From a virus, in IMG/VR virus record IMGVR_UViG_3300001533_002237, positions 30,309-94,308 of that record: a stretch of 64,000 nucleotides of DNA. One strand, written 5' to 3'. This document shows positions 21,654-32,183 of this stretch, in pieces. Position numbers and translations under genes: made by a program. Position 1 is the stretch's first letter; every line of letters begins with the position of its first letter. A model generated the notes under the pieces. The model did no database searches, was not told the DNA's origin, and saw nothing but the letters and a program-made list of their open reading frames with translations.

Positions 21654-22160
21654 ATGGAAAATAGCATAAATCAAAAAACAAGTCCAAACCAAATGAGAGA
21701 ACTAATGAAAAGAGTTCGTGAAGGTAAATTTATTGTAAATGAATCTGAAGCACTAAAGAAAGATTTAAGTGTTAATGATATGTTAAAAATAACTCGTAGA
21801 CTAAATGAAGATGTTAAAAATAAAGAAACGATTTATGACCAAAGTATTGAAGAAGAAAAAATTAGAAGATTTTTTGATGATATGGAAGTTAGTCTTAAAC
21901 TAATTGATTTAGAAGTATATGATGACCTTGTTTTCTGGGGAGGAACTGTTGATGGTGTTATTCAGTTTGTATATAAAGTAACTCCTGAAGAAAGTACTTC
22001 TGGTGTTGAGTTTAATTATCTTGAAGATTTTTCTCCAGATAATCTTGAGAACGAAGAAATTATTGGTAGACTTGAATCTTATTTTGATACGTTTTATAAA
22101 TATTGGAGAGATAATGTTATAAGTAATAATAGTGCAAATGAACCTGAAAAACAATCATAA
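21654..22160 (+). CDS. Hypothetical protein, possibly head-associated
   Basis: Late motif upstream; VNE/LNE motifs near the N-terminus. Confidence 0.5.
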   Translation: MENSINQKTSPNQMRELMKRVREGKFIVNESEALKKDLSVNDMLKITRRLNEDVKNKETIYDQSIEEEKIRRFFDDMEVSLKLIDLEVYDDLVFWGGTVDGVIQFVYKVTPEESTSGVEFNYLEDFSPDNLENEEIIGRLESYFDTFYKYWRDNVISNNSANEPEKQS

Positions 22161-22162
22161 AT

Positions 22163-22954
22163 ATGAAAACAATATTTAAAATTTTAATGAAAAATAACCG
22201 ATGGGCAATAATGTTAATAATATTATTAATTATTGTTGGTGGTAGTATATATCAAATTCAACATAAAAAAATATTGAATCTTAAAGACAAATATGATTCA
22301 GAAGTTAAACTAAAGAATGCTTTAATTGATACTGTTGAAATATTTAAAAACAAAGAAGGTGAATGGGTTGCTGAAAAACTTACAATTCAAGCCGAACTCA
22401 ATTATTTGGATGAAATGAATACTCAATTAACTGAAAGTCAAAAAAATTTAATAAAGAAAATTAAAGAAGTTAATAAAGAAAATTCAGTTATAACAGCAGC
22501 ACTTATTCATGCTAATTTTGTAATTGATTCTTTAAAACATAGTGGTGTTGTTCTTATAGATACAACAAATAAAACAGTTAATTTTATTGAAACTGATAAC
22601 CCAAACATTAACTATAATTTTTTAGCAACAGGTGTATTACCTTTTCCAATAAATACAAAACCAAATTTATTTATAAATAAATTAACATTACCTAATGAAC
22701 AATTCATTGAATTTCATTGGGAAGATAATAAAAGGAAGGGTTATCCTATTTCATTTAGTGTAACTAATTCAAATAAATATGTAAAAGTATATGATGTTAA
22801 TGGTTATGCAATTCCTGCTTTAAAAAAAGAAATCATCGACCCAACTGGCTGGCAAAAAATTGGTCTTTGGTTTAATAAAAACGGTAAGATTGTTGGGTAT
22901 GTCTTTGGTGGTGTAGTTGTTGGTGCTGGTGGTACATATTTTTTAATGAAATAA
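22163..22954 (+). CDS. Membrane-anchored coiled-coil protein (possibly lysis-related)
   Basis: N- and C-terminal hydrophobic helices; lies near an amidase-like gene. Confidence 0.45.
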   Translation: MKTIFKILMKNNRWAIMLIILLIIVGGSIYQIQHKKILNLKDKYDSEVKLKNALIDTVEIFKNKEGEWVAEKLTIQAELNYLDEMNTQLTESQKNLIKKIKEVNKENSVITAALIHANFVIDSLKHSGVVLIDTTNKTVNFIETDNPNINYNFLATGVLPFPINTKPNLFINKLTLPNEQFIEFHWEDNKRKGYPISFSVTNSNKYVKVYDVNGYAIPALKKEIIDPTGWQKIGLWFNKNGKIVGYVFGGVVVGAGGTYFLMK

Positions 22955-22991
22955 TATAGATATATTAAGAAGCATATTGTCTAATATAATT

Positions 22992-23021
22992 AAAAGCACA
23001 TAAATAATATGTGCTTTTTTT
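22992..23021 (+). terminator. Intrinsic terminator
   Basis: AAAAGCACATA-loop-TATGTGCTTTT followed by Ts. Confidence 0.8.
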
Positions 23022-23075
23022 ATTAAAGCATTTTTTGTATTAACTAAGTATTTATAAACAACTGATAAACACAAT

Positions 23076-23282
23076 ATGGATAAACAAGAAGTTAAAGGAA
23101 TTGTAAATGATGAAATTAATAAATTTGTTAAAGATTCATTAGATAAAGAAATTAAAAATGTCTTAAATAAATCTAATTCATTAACAAGGGGAGAAACTAT
23201 TTCTATAATAAAAAATGCAATGGAAGCAGTTTATAAAGTATTGTGGCAAAAAAGAGACTTCTGGAAGACAGGAATTATGTAA
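23076..23282 (+). CDS. Hypothetical protein
   Basis: 68-aa ORF after a late motif. Confidence 0.55.
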   Translation: MDKQEVKGIVNDEINKFVKDSLDKEIKNVLNKSNSLTRGETISIIKNAMEAVYKVLWQKRDFWKTGIM

Positions 23283-23292
23283 TTAATTAGTT

Positions 23293-23925
23293 ATGGAAAA
23301 TAATGTTGAAAAGAAAAGGGAATACAATAAGCAATATTATTTAAATAATATTGAGAAAAAGAAAAAACGTGAACGAGAGCGTTATTTAAATAATAAGAAA
23401 AAAATTCTTGAAAGTAGAAAGGATTATTATTTAAATAATGTTGAGAAAATTAAAGAGAAAAATGTCAAATATTATGAAATTAATAAAGAAAAAATATTAA
23501 AAAATAAAAAAGAGTATTATGTTAATAATAAGGAAGATATTATTAATTATGGAATAAAATATAAACGAAATAGATATACTAATGATAAATTTTATCGATT
23601 AACAAAAAATATAAGAAATTTAATATCAAATTCAATAAAAAAGAACGGACATAAAAAAACATCTAAAATACAAAATATTCTTGGTTGTACTTTTGAAGAA
23701 TTTAAAATATATCTGGAAAATAAATTTGAAAGTTGGATGAGTTGGGATAATTACGGTAATTGGAATGGTCAACCCAAAGAATCAAATATTTCATGGGATA
23801 TTGACCATATAATACCAGTTTCAACAGCGTGTTCAGAAGAAGATATTATTAAATTAAACCATTATATGAATTTACAACCATTATGTTCATACGAAAATAG
23901 ATTTGTAAAAAGTAATAAAATATAA
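23293..23925 (+). CDS. HNH homing-type endonuclease
   Basis: K/Y-rich N-terminal repeats; WDIDHIIP...NHYMNLQPLC..EN..KSN. Confidence 0.8.
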   Translation: MENNVEKKREYNKQYYLNNIEKKKKRERERYLNNKKKILESRKDYYLNNVEKIKEKNVKYYEINKEKILKNKKEYYVNNKEDIINYGIKYKRNRYTNDKFYRLTKNIRNLISNSIKKNGHKKTSKIQNILGCTFEEFKIYLENKFESWMSWDNYGNWNGQPKESNISWDIDHIIPVSTACSEEDIIKLNHYMNLQPLCSYENRFVKSNKI

Positions 23926-23938
23926 TAAAATATAATTC

Positions 23939-26938
23939 ATGGCAAACATAAAACCAACACACAAAGAACCGATAAGTCCTCAATCAAAAAAATTTGAAAA
24001 GGATTTTAAAAAAAGTATGGTAACAAACAATCTTAATATACGTGAATCTCAAGAAAAATTAAATGAAATTGATGAAATGTTAAGTGAAGCAGAACAATCA
24101 TTAAAGAAAAAGATTTTTAGTTTACCTAAAATGGAAGCACTTGTATTTAGTGACCCTAAATTATCGGCAGTTTATGATAAAATGGCTGAAGATGGTGAAG
24201 AAAAATATGGTTATCATCATAATGAAACTATTATGAATATGATTTTTAATGATTATGTATTAAATAGTTCACAATATCTACAAAAATATAAAAATGCTAT
24301 ACCTAAAGAAAAAAAGAGAAGGGATAAAAGTGGAATTAATCAATTAAAAAAAGCAGGTAAGAAAAAAATGGATGCCACTGGAACAAAATTGGATAAAAGT
24401 GATGTTGATGAAACAACCAGTGCTGGTAGTGCTGGTGGTGCTGCTGGATATGTTGGATATGCTGGTCCTGCTGCATTTAGTTCGAAAGGTGATTTAATGG
24501 GTGATAATAAGGAAAAAGGTCAAAAAATAAGAAAACCTATTTGGAAAGGCGGTACAATTATTCAAGAAAGTAATTATTTAATAGACCCATCAGGTTTTGA
24601 AAAATATGTCGATATGCTTAATGAATCTTCGGTTTCTTCTAGTGCTAGTGCTTTTGTAACAAAAATGGGTGATAAAAACAATTATCAAGCCAATCAAATT
24701 AATACTGATAAAGAATGGAAAGAATTAAATAATCCCAAAGTCTCGGAAATTGCAAGTGAAAAAAAGATGAAGGATAAAGGAAAAGGTAATTCATCTGTTA
24801 TTGATGATAGTAATTTAGTTGGTGGTAGTAATGCAAAACCAACTTACAAGGGTGGTAAAATCGTAAAAAACCCAAACAATACAATAAAGGAAAATAAAGA
24901 AATAAACAAGACTAATCTTAACGAAGGAGCATATAATGATTTTGAACAAGCAAAAAATGATGCATTTAATATAAGTAAAGAAGAAGGTGTAGTACAACAT
25001 GTTAATCAAATTTCTGATAATACATATGAAATATCTGATTGGTATGATGCCGATAGTACAGTTGCTAGTTTTGAAAATGGTAAAGAATTAAATGAAATGA
25101 ATCTCGATGAAAAATCAAAATCTAAAGCACAACAGAAATTTATGGGAATGGTACATGCATATCAAAAAGGTGAATTAAGTGATTCTGAAGTTAGTGATAG
25201 TGTTAAAAAAGCAGCGAAATCAATGACGGATAAAGAAGCTGAAGATTTTGCAAGCACAAAACATAAAGGACTACCTGAAAAAGTTAATGAAGAAATATAT
25301 GATAAAATAGTTGATATTCAATATTTTAATAAAAATAACCAATTAAAACATAGTGTTGATAATAAAATTAATCCTAATGACCTAAGTAATTTACTTGATA
25401 AACCAATTAAAATAATATTTACTGATGGTAGTGAAGAAAGAGTTAATTTCGATGAATTTATGCAAGTATATTCACATAATGATGATAGTAAATTAAATAT
25501 TAATGAATATTTAAGTTTACATGATATAGTTGAATACTTATCTGATAGACAAGATGAAAAACCATTCATGATGGGTGATACTAAATGGCAATTTGTAAAT
25601 GCTAGATATCCTGACGGTAAAATCGATATTGGTGTTTATAAATTTGGTGATGATTTAGTTTATGATTATTCAAGATGGATGGAAGAATATAACATTAATG
25701 AAAATTCAGAGTATTTACAAAAGAAAGATAGTTTACCACAAAGAAATGATAAAAATATTAAAGAAGACACACAAACTATGATACAAAATAACGGAAATTC
25801 AATGTCAAATAAAGCACAACCAACTGGCGACCAAGGTAATGGATTGCCTGTAGGAACTCAACAAACTAGTGGGTTAAATGAAGCAGAAAAATTGCTTGAA
25901 GAAATAAATAAAGAATTGGAAGCATTTTCAATTCATCATGATAAATTAAAAATAATGAGTGAAGATAGAAAATCAAATTCTCAAATACTTAATGCTCGTG
26001 TTGGAGATGAAAATAAGAAAAATTTTAAAAAAGATTTTAAAAATAGTGATACTAAAGATGTCATTAATGTCGAAAAAGAATTACAACATAAAGACCAACA
26101 AACTGATGTACCTAAAGACCCTCAGAAATTAGGTCAGGACATTGAAAAACAAGTAATAAAAAATGCCGATATGAAAAGTGATGAATCACTTAAAAATGTT
26201 GGAAATAGTACAAATAATGATGGTGATGAAATACCTAAACGTAATTTAACAACTAAAGAACAAGAAGAAGTTGATTTATATCGTAATGGACAACATAGTT
26301 TAAATTATGATAATGAACCTTCTGAACGTTTTGTTGAAAGAATGAAAGCTGACCAAGGAGAATTCTTTGAAATGGGTGAGAAACAAAAGAAATTTAAAGG
26401 TGATGCACCAATGTATGGTAAAGATAGTCAACCAGTTGATGATGGAATTGAAAAAGTTCAGTTTGATAAGAACGTAAAGAAAAAAAATGATGATGTTGCT
26501 TGGAATGAAAGAATGGGACTTAATAGTAATATTAAACTTTCTGAATCAATGATTACTGGTAGATATATTGATGTTTTAGGTAAGAGACGTTTAATGGAGT
26601 TTAGACTAAATGAAGTTAAAGAAATTGAAAAACTTGATGAAAATATATTAATGGAATTAAGTTTTGATGGTCTTGGAAACATATATTTAAGTAAGACAAT
26701 TGATAAAAAAGTTGTTGTTAATGAAGCTGTTGTTAATGCAATGAATACACATAAATTCTATACGGATGGTAAATCAGTGGTAGCAATAAAAAACCCAACA
26801 CAACAATTGACTGAAGGCAGTGTAAAAGATGATAAACTTGTTGTTAATGAACAAATAGATAAAATAAAACACTTACTTGGATATAAACCAGATTCATTTG
26901 TTAATACTAGAAATGTAAAGAAAAACAGAGGTTTTTAA
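23939..26938 (+). CDS. Large hydrophilic protein with DUF3008-like segment; likely head-packaged
   Basis: SKAQQKFMGMVHAYQKG...EDFASTKHKGLPEKV; many (L/I/V)xE motifs. Confidence 0.6.
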   Translation: MANIKPTHKEPISPQSKKFEKDFKKSMVTNNLNIRESQEKLNEIDEMLSEAEQSLKKKIFSLPKMEALVFSDPKLSAVYDKMAEDGEEKYGYHHNETIMNMIFNDYVLNSSQYLQKYKNAIPKEKKRRDKSGINQLKKAGKKKMDATGTKLDKSDVDETTSAGSAGGAAGYVGYAGPAAFSSKGDLMGDNKEKGQKIRKPIWKGGTIIQESNYLIDPSGFEKYVDMLNESSVSSSASAFVTKMGDKNNYQANQINTDKEWKELNNPKVSEIASEKKMKDKGKGNSSVIDDSNLVGGSNAKPTYKGGKIVKNPNNTIKENKEINKTNLNEGAYNDFEQAKNDAFNISKEEGVVQHVNQISDNTYEISDWYDADSTVASFENGKELNEMNLDEKSKSKAQQKFMGMVHAYQKGELSDSEVSDSVKKAAKSMTDKEAEDFASTKHKGLPEKVNEEIYDKIVDIQYFNKNNQLKHSVDNKINPNDLSNLLDKPIKIIFTDGSEERVNFDEFMQVYSHNDDSKLNINEYLSLHDIVEYLSDRQDEKPFMMGDTKWQFVNARYPDGKIDIGVYKFGDDLVYDYSRWMEEYNINENSEYLQKKDSLPQRNDKNIKEDTQTMIQNNGNSMSNKAQPTGDQGNGLPVGTQQTSGLNEAEKLLEEINKELEAFSIHHDKLKIMSEDRKSNSQILNARVGDENKKNFKKDFKNSDTKDVINVEKELQHKDQQTDVPKDPQKLGQDIEKQVIKNADMKSDESLKNVGNSTNNDGDEIPKRNLTTKEQEEVDLYRNGQHSLNYDNEPSERFVERMKADQGEFFEMGEKQKKFKGDAPMYGKDSQPVDDGIEKVQFDKNVKKKNDDVAWNERMGLNSNIKLSESMITGRYIDVLGKRRLMEFRLNEVKEIEKLDENILMELSFDGLGNIYLSKTIDKKVVVNEAVVNAMNTHKFYTDGKSVVAIKNPTQQLTEGSVKDDKLVVNEQIDKIKHLLGYKPDSFVNTRNVKKNRGF

Positions 26939-26939
26939 G

Positions 26940-27311
26940 ATGAGTGATTGGAAAAAAATAACTAAAAAAGAATTTGATAATGCAACCAAAAGGCATTTAC
27001 CAAATTCTTGGATTAAATTTGGTTTTAAATATTTTTCAAAAGAAACAACAAAAACTAATTTAAAATTAAATAATAGAATTGGATTATTATTAATAATATT
27101 ATTTGTTTTAGGTTTTTTTAGTACAGTATTAAAATTATCATCAACAATAATCGGAATATTTACAATATTATATTCAATATTATTAGTTGGTTTAGTACTA
27201 TATCTTTTTAGCGTAGCTATTTTAAATAATATTAGAATTAATAAAATAAGAAAAATACTTGGTGTTAGTAAATTAGAATATAATGCTTTAATAAGAAAAT
27301 TTAATAAATAA
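26940..27311 (+). CDS. Small membrane protein (2 TM)
   Basis: Two hydrophobic helices. Confidence 0.55.
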   Translation: MSDWKKITKKEFDNATKRHLPNSWIKFGFKYFSKETTKTNLKLNNRIGLLLIILFVLGFFSTVLKLSSTIIGIFTILYSILLVGLVLYLFSVAILNNIRINKIRKILGVSKLEYNALIRKFNK

Positions 27312-27334
27312 ACATAATTTAATAAACATAATTT

Positions 27335-27366
27335 AAAGGATATTGCTAAAGTAATATCCTTTTTTC
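27335..27366 (+). terminator. Intrinsic terminator
   Basis: AAAGGATATTGC-loop-GTAATATCCTTT followed by a T tract. Confidence 0.75.
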
Positions 27367-27398
27367 TTTTAGAGTATTTATAATAAAATACTTAAAAT

Positions 27399-28142
27399 AT
27401 GATTAGTCGAAATAGAATATCAATGGGATTCTTTTGTGATAGTCTTCCATATGCAAATCTAGAAAAAGATACTGAAAAAGTAATATTAAATAAATTAAAT
27501 TTAAGTGATATAATTCAAGTTGATTTTCCGAGTAATCAATATATTAGAAAACAAACTAATAAAAAACAATTGGTTTTACATCACACAGTATCTGGACAAG
27601 GAGTTGATGGTGATATTGCATGGTGGAGAAAAACGACTCAAAGAATTGGAACAGCAATTATTATTGATTGGAAAGGTAAAATATATCAATGTTTTAGTAG
27701 TAAATATTGGGCATATCATCTTGGTGCAGGTGATGCAAACTTAGATAAAGGTTCAATTGGAATCGAAATAGATTCATGGGGCGGTTTGGTTAAACACAAT
27801 AGATTGTGGTATCCAGCAAAATGGGATAAAAAATTAAAAAAGAATATTGCAAATATTTCATTATCACCTGTAAAAAATATTCAAAAATACCCAAAAGGTT
27901 TTAGAGGTTTTTATGCTTTTGAAAAATATACTGATGAACAAATTGAAGCATTACGAAAACTTTTAGTTTTTTTTAGTAAAAAATATAAAATACCTCTTGA
28001 TTATAATGAAGATATGTGGGATGTTTCAGATAAAGCAATGAGGGGTAAAGAAGGAATCTGGACACATGTCAGTTATAGAAAAGATAAATCGGATTGTCAT
28101 CCTCAAACAGAATTAATTGAAATGTTAAAATCATTAAAATAA
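27399..28142 (+). CDS. N-acetylmuramoyl-L-alanine amidase (endolysin candidate)
   Basis: LVLHHT, WAYHLG, SIGIEI, WTH...KSDC Zn-ligand motifs. Confidence 0.85.
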   Translation: MISRNRISMGFFCDSLPYANLEKDTEKVILNKLNLSDIIQVDFPSNQYIRKQTNKKQLVLHHTVSGQGVDGDIAWWRKTTQRIGTAIIIDWKGKIYQCFSSKYWAYHLGAGDANLDKGSIGIEIDSWGGLVKHNRLWYPAKWDKKLKKNIANISLSPVKNIQKYPKGFRGFYAFEKYTDEQIEALRKLLVFFSKKYKIPLDYNEDMWDVSDKAMRGKEGIWTHVSYRKDKSDCHPQTELIEMLKSLK

Positions 28143-28562
28143 ATGAGTACGACACAAAAATTTATAATAGTTAAGGACAGAGTTGAAATTTATCGTGATT
28201 TTGCTTTAAATTTACTACATTATATTTATCATTATTATATTGATAGAGAAAGTTTAAGCGAAGACCAAGATATAAAAAATCATTTTAATTGGTGTTTTAA
28301 AAAAGTTTGCGATGAATTTATGGAAGAAGGTATAGATTTTAGAAATAATAAAGAATTAAATCAATATTTTTTTTCATATTACTATCATCAATTTTATACT
28401 ATTAATCAAGACGTGTCAATAAAATATTTCGAAAAATTTTGGAATGAAATTTTTGAAATTGATAGGTTAAAAAATAAAAATATAATAAATATTCTTATTG
28501 AAATCTACAATATTTACGACAAATCAATTAATAATGAAAAAAATATATTAGAAATTGTTTAA
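28143..28562 (+). CDS. Hypothetical protein
   Basis: 139-aa ORF in operon-like spacing. Confidence 0.55.
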   Translation: MSTTQKFIIVKDRVEIYRDFALNLLHYIYHYYIDRESLSEDQDIKNHFNWCFKKVCDEFMEEGIDFRNNKELNQYFFSYYYHQFYTINQDVSIKYFEKFWNEIFEIDRLKNKNIINILIEIYNIYDKSINNEKNILEIV

Positions 28563-28641
28563 AAATACTTGCAATTAGTATTTATATTGACTATTTTTAC
28601 AAAAATTATAATAAATAATAATAAAAAAACAAAAACAAATT

Positions 28642-28914
28642 ATGGCAAATTTAAAACTTGACCTCGTTAACAAATTAAATAACGAGAAGTATTTTAGTGA
28701 AATCGAACTTATTCGTTTAGCACAAGACCCAAACACAAATTATAAAGAGAAAATTGAAGAAATGAGCGAGCTTCTTGAAACAATTGTAATTACCAATGCA
28801 CAACTTGGTTTAGTTGAACAATATTTTAAAGAACCAGCACAAGAAAATGCACCTGCACCACAAAATGCACCTGCACAACCTAAAGTTAATCCGGGTCAAA
28901 GTCACTCAGAATAA
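28642..28914 (+). CDS. Hypothetical protein
   Basis: 90 aa with a Pro/Ala/Gln-rich tail. Confidence 0.55.
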   Translation: MANLKLDLVNKLNNEKYFSEIELIRLAQDPNTNYKEKIEEMSELLETIVITNAQLGLVEQYFKEPAQENAPAPQNAPAQPKVNPGQSHSE

Positions 28915-28916
28915 TT

Positions 28917-29117
28917 ATGACAGATTTAATTACTGAAATATATCAGTTTTTATTTATTTCTTCCATTGTTTTTATTATTAATATTTTAATCGATTTAATT
29001 GTAAAAACATATGGAAGATTTAAATTAAAAAAGGAAACAAGAATTTTATTAACAAAAACCGAAAAAATTATTTTATGGATTTCCATAGCAATATTTTTTT
29101 CATATATAATTAATTAA
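28917..29117 (+). CDS. Small membrane protein
   Basis: 66 aa, two hydrophobic segments. Confidence 0.5.
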   Translation: MTDLITEIYQFLFISSIVFIINILIDLIVKTYGRFKLKKETRILLTKTEKIILWISIAIFFSYIIN

Positions 29118-29645
29118 ATGAAGCAAATTGAATTAGCATTAGAATCAACAAATGGTTATATTAAATCTTTCAATAGAAATACTGAAAAAGGTTGGTGGGA
29201 AATTGAAGTAGGATTACCAATTAGTTGGGTTTATGATGAAAACTCTAAGATTGGTTGTGAGATAATTAATGAGAATGAAATCGGTAAATTAATTAAAGTA
29301 TTTCCAAAATTAAATGGTGTGGTAATTGATGATTTAATTAATTTTATTGAAATAATTATTGTAACAAATCAAAAAATTGCTGAAAAAGAAAAGCAATTTA
29401 CTGATAAAATGCAAGAAATGAAAAATCATTTAGAAGATGAAGCAAATAAATTTTATAAAGAACTTGAAGAATTAAAAGAAAATTCTTTTAAAAAGAACAA
29501 CAATGATTTTATTCAAAATTTAAAAAATAAAAAAGTTGCTTCAAATAACACTAAATCTACAGATAAACTCAAATCAACCACAAAAAGAAAGCCAAGAACA
29601 CTGAAAAAAGTAAATACTGTTACCGAAGAATCATCAAAAAAATAA
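29118..29645 (+). CDS. Hypothetical protein
   Basis: 175-aa ORF. Confidence 0.55.
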   Translation: MKQIELALESTNGYIKSFNRNTEKGWWEIEVGLPISWVYDENSKIGCEIINENEIGKLIKVFPKLNGVVIDDLINFIEIIIVTNQKIAEKEKQFTDKMQEMKNHLEDEANKFYKELEELKENSFKKNNNDFIQNLKNKKVASNNTKSTDKLKSTTKRKPRTLKKVNTVTEESSKK

Positions 29646-29651
29646 TTATTC

Positions 29652-29999
29652 ATGGATGATGAAAAAGAAATATTACCTCTTGATAATGATTTATCTGATT
29701 ATATTTCATTAAGTAATCATCTTAAAGATGATACTGAAAGGAAGAAAAAATTAATTTCTAACGAAATTGAAGAACTTGGTGAAACATATATTTTCGAAAT
29801 AGAACGAAAAAGAAAAAATAAAGAATTAAAACAAAAAAAATTAATTCCTTATATATTGAAATATTGTAATGAAAAATATAGTAAAAAAGAGTTAACTTCA
29901 TATAGTTTAGAAGATATACAAGAAATTTATAATCAAATCAAAACTGAAAGAAAATCCCCGATAATTAAATTTATTGAATTTATTTTTAATCTTGAATAA
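29652..29999 (+). CDS. Hypothetical protein
   Basis: 115-aa ORF. Confidence 0.55.
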   Translation: MDDEKEILPLDNDLSDYISLSNHLKDDTERKKKLISNEIEELGETYIFEIERKRKNKELKQKKLIPYILKYCNEKYSKKELTSYSLEDIQEIYNQIKTERKSPIIKFIEFIFNLE

Positions 30000-30043
30000 T
30001 TTGATTATATTTGTTAATTATAAACTTTAAATAATATAATATA

Positions 30044-30838
30044 ATGGTACAAAAACAATTATTTGATGATATTTTTTATCCTCAACGTATTCATGAAATA
30101 CTTTTTTTAAATGTTAAATCAATCTTAACATACCCAACACTTATATTACTTGAGTCAAACAATAAAGTAATGTTTGAGCGTTGGAAATACTTATCGCAAA
30201 GTAAGTATGATACTCTTGATACTGACCAATATGAAGATTTACAAAAAGTCTATGAAAAAAACGCACCATATTATCCTGAATATAGTAAAATTGTTGCAAT
30301 AACATATGGAACTGTTTATATTGAAGATGGGAAATTAAAGCGTTACATGAAAAAGATTGTAAATAATGATGAATTTATTGTTTTGGCTACTTTCATGGAT
30401 GAATTATTCAAAGTATCAAGCGATGGTATTAAGTCAACACCTAATTTTTTTCCAATTCTTTGTGGACATAATATTATTGGTTATGATATTCCTTTATTAA
30501 TGAAAAAATTTATTCAGTATAATGATAGGTTTGAAACAAATAAAACAATTCCTTTAATTCTTAAAAAAAGTTTAACAATTAAACCTTGGGAATCAGGAAT
30601 TATTGATACCCTTAATGTTTGGAAATTTAATGGTTATGATAATATGCCGTTAATGTTAATATCTGATTATCTTGGTCTAAAAAAGACTGTAGATTTACTT
30701 CCACTTGACGAAATGTCAAAAAAATATTGGGAATTATATGATGAAGATATTGAAAAGGCAATGGAATTCGTTTCACTACAATCTGCAACACAAACAAATT
30801 TAGTAATTCAGTTAATTAATACTTTACGAGTATTGTGA
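30044..30838 (+). CDS. PolB-related 3'-5' exonuclease-like protein, ExoI acids apparently lost
   Basis: PEYSKIVAI, LCGHNIIGYDIP, KPWE..IDT..WKF; LFLNVKS occurs where D-x-E is expected. Confidence 0.7.
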   Translation: MVQKQLFDDIFYPQRIHEILFLNVKSILTYPTLILLESNNKVMFERWKYLSQSKYDTLDTDQYEDLQKVYEKNAPYYPEYSKIVAITYGTVYIEDGKLKRYMKKIVNNDEFIVLATFMDELFKVSSDGIKSTPNFFPILCGHNIIGYDIPLLMKKFIQYNDRFETNKTIPLILKKSLTIKPWESGIIDTLNVWKFNGYDNMPLMLISDYLGLKKTVDLLPLDEMSKKYWELYDEDIEKAMEFVSLQSATQTNLVIQLINTLRVL

Positions 30839-30856
30839 CATTTTTTTTAGTTTAAC

Positions 30857-30889
30857 AAAAAAAGGTGAAATATTAATTTCACCTTTTTT
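30857..30889. terminator. Bidirectional intrinsic terminator
   Basis: AAAAAAGGTGAAAT-loop-ATTTCACCTTTTTT at the strand switch. Confidence 0.85.
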
Positions 30890-30990
30890 ATTTTAAGCCG
30901 TTTTAATGAATTATATAATTAAAGCATATACATCTATCAATTAGAATAGAAATTGATTTAAAGTTCATCTAAAATAGATTTTAGATGGTA

Positions 30991-31278
30991 TTATGACCAA
31001 TCAAGCATATCACTAAATTTACCATCAATATATTGTGCATCATAAATTCTATCAAAATCTTCTTCAGTAATATAAGCTCTACCCATTTTAGTATCACCGT
31101 AAAGTATATAATCATTCATTGCGATAATCGTATTAAAAAAAATATACATTCCTTTACGATAAATATATATTAAACTATCAATACGTTCAGAATTTTCATT
31201 AATATTAAGCAGAACACCTAGTGTCCTGCTGTTATCTGAATATTCTTCTTCATGTGCTGTAAGGATAAATGTTTTCAT
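30991..31278 (-). CDS. Hypothetical protein
   Basis: 95-aa ORF; TATATTTG promoter-like motif upstream. Confidence 0.55.
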   Translation of the reverse strand: MKTFILTAHEEEYSDNSRTLGVLLNINENSERIDSLIYIYRKGMYIFFNTIIAMNDYILYGDTKMGRAYITEEDFDRIYDAQYIDGKFSDMLDWS

Positions 31279-31298
31279 ATTACAAATATAATTAAAAA

Positions 31299-32183
31299 TT
31301 ATTTATTAGCATATAGTTTTTCAGTAATATTTGAATAAAAATATCCTAATGGGTCACGAGGTTCATTATTTTTACGAATCTCATAGTGTAAATGTGGACC
31401 TGTACTTAAACCAGTATTACCAACAGTACCAATCAATTGATTTTTATTAACCCACTGACCTTTTTTTACATTAATTTGATCTAGATGTGCATATAATGTT
31501 TCAAAACCATATGCGTGTTTAATAATAATTCTATTTCCGTATCCGTATTTGGAATACATTATTTTCACAACATAACCTTGTGCTGTTGAATATATGGGTG
31601 TTCCAACTCTCGCTGAAATATCGACTCCTTCATGAAAAAGAACTTTCTTTTCAATAGGATGATTTCTCCAACCAAAAGGTGATGTTAAACTAACAAAATC
31701 TTTTGTTTTTATTGGAGAAATTGTAGGATAATAAAGAATTGCATTTTTATTTGATTTAAAAAATTTTGATGTTTCTTGTAATTTAATCAATTGTGTTGCA
31801 AGCATTTCTGCTGCATATGCTGCTCTTTTACTAACATTTTTAAATATAGTGTCATTATTAATGATATCTCTAGCATTATCATTTCTATACTGAGCAAAAC
31901 CAGTGGTATCAAAATCAACACCAAGATATTGAGAGTATATGATATTATCATATTTATGGATTTCATCAACTATTTCTTCCATTTCTAATACTTTATTAGA
32001 AAGTTCAGATAGTTGTTGTTTTAATTTCATGTTTTCATGTTTTAATTTCGAGTTATTTGCTCGAAGAGTAACATCATTTTCTCCACTTATTCCAGAAGAT
32101 AAATTATTATTTAATCCTAAAATAATAAAAATTACCATCATAATAAGTAAAAATTTTAAGAAATTAATTTTTGTTTTTTTCAT
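31299..32183 (-). CDS. M23 family peptidase with signal anchor and coiled coil
   Basis: HEGVD, YAHL, STGPHLHYE. Confidence 0.92.
   Translation of the reverse strand: MKKTKINFLKFLLIMMVIFIILGLNNNLSSGISGENDVTLRANNSKLKHENMKLKQQLSELSNKVLEMEEIVDEIHKYDNIIYSQYLGVDFDTTGFAQYRNDNARDIINNDTIFKNVSKRAAYAAEMLATQLIKLQETSKFFKSNKNAILYYPTISPIKTKDFVSLTSPFGWRNHPIEKKVLFHEGVDISARVGTPIYSTAQGYVVKIMYSKYGYGNRIIIKHAYGFETLYAHLDQINVKKGQWVNKNQLIGTVGNTGLSTGPHLHYEIRKNNEPRDPLGYFYSNITEKLYANK

Noticed and set aside
27307-27334. 14-bp tandem duplication AATAAACATAATTT
   Set aside because: Only two AT-rich copies before a terminator; likely replication slippage.
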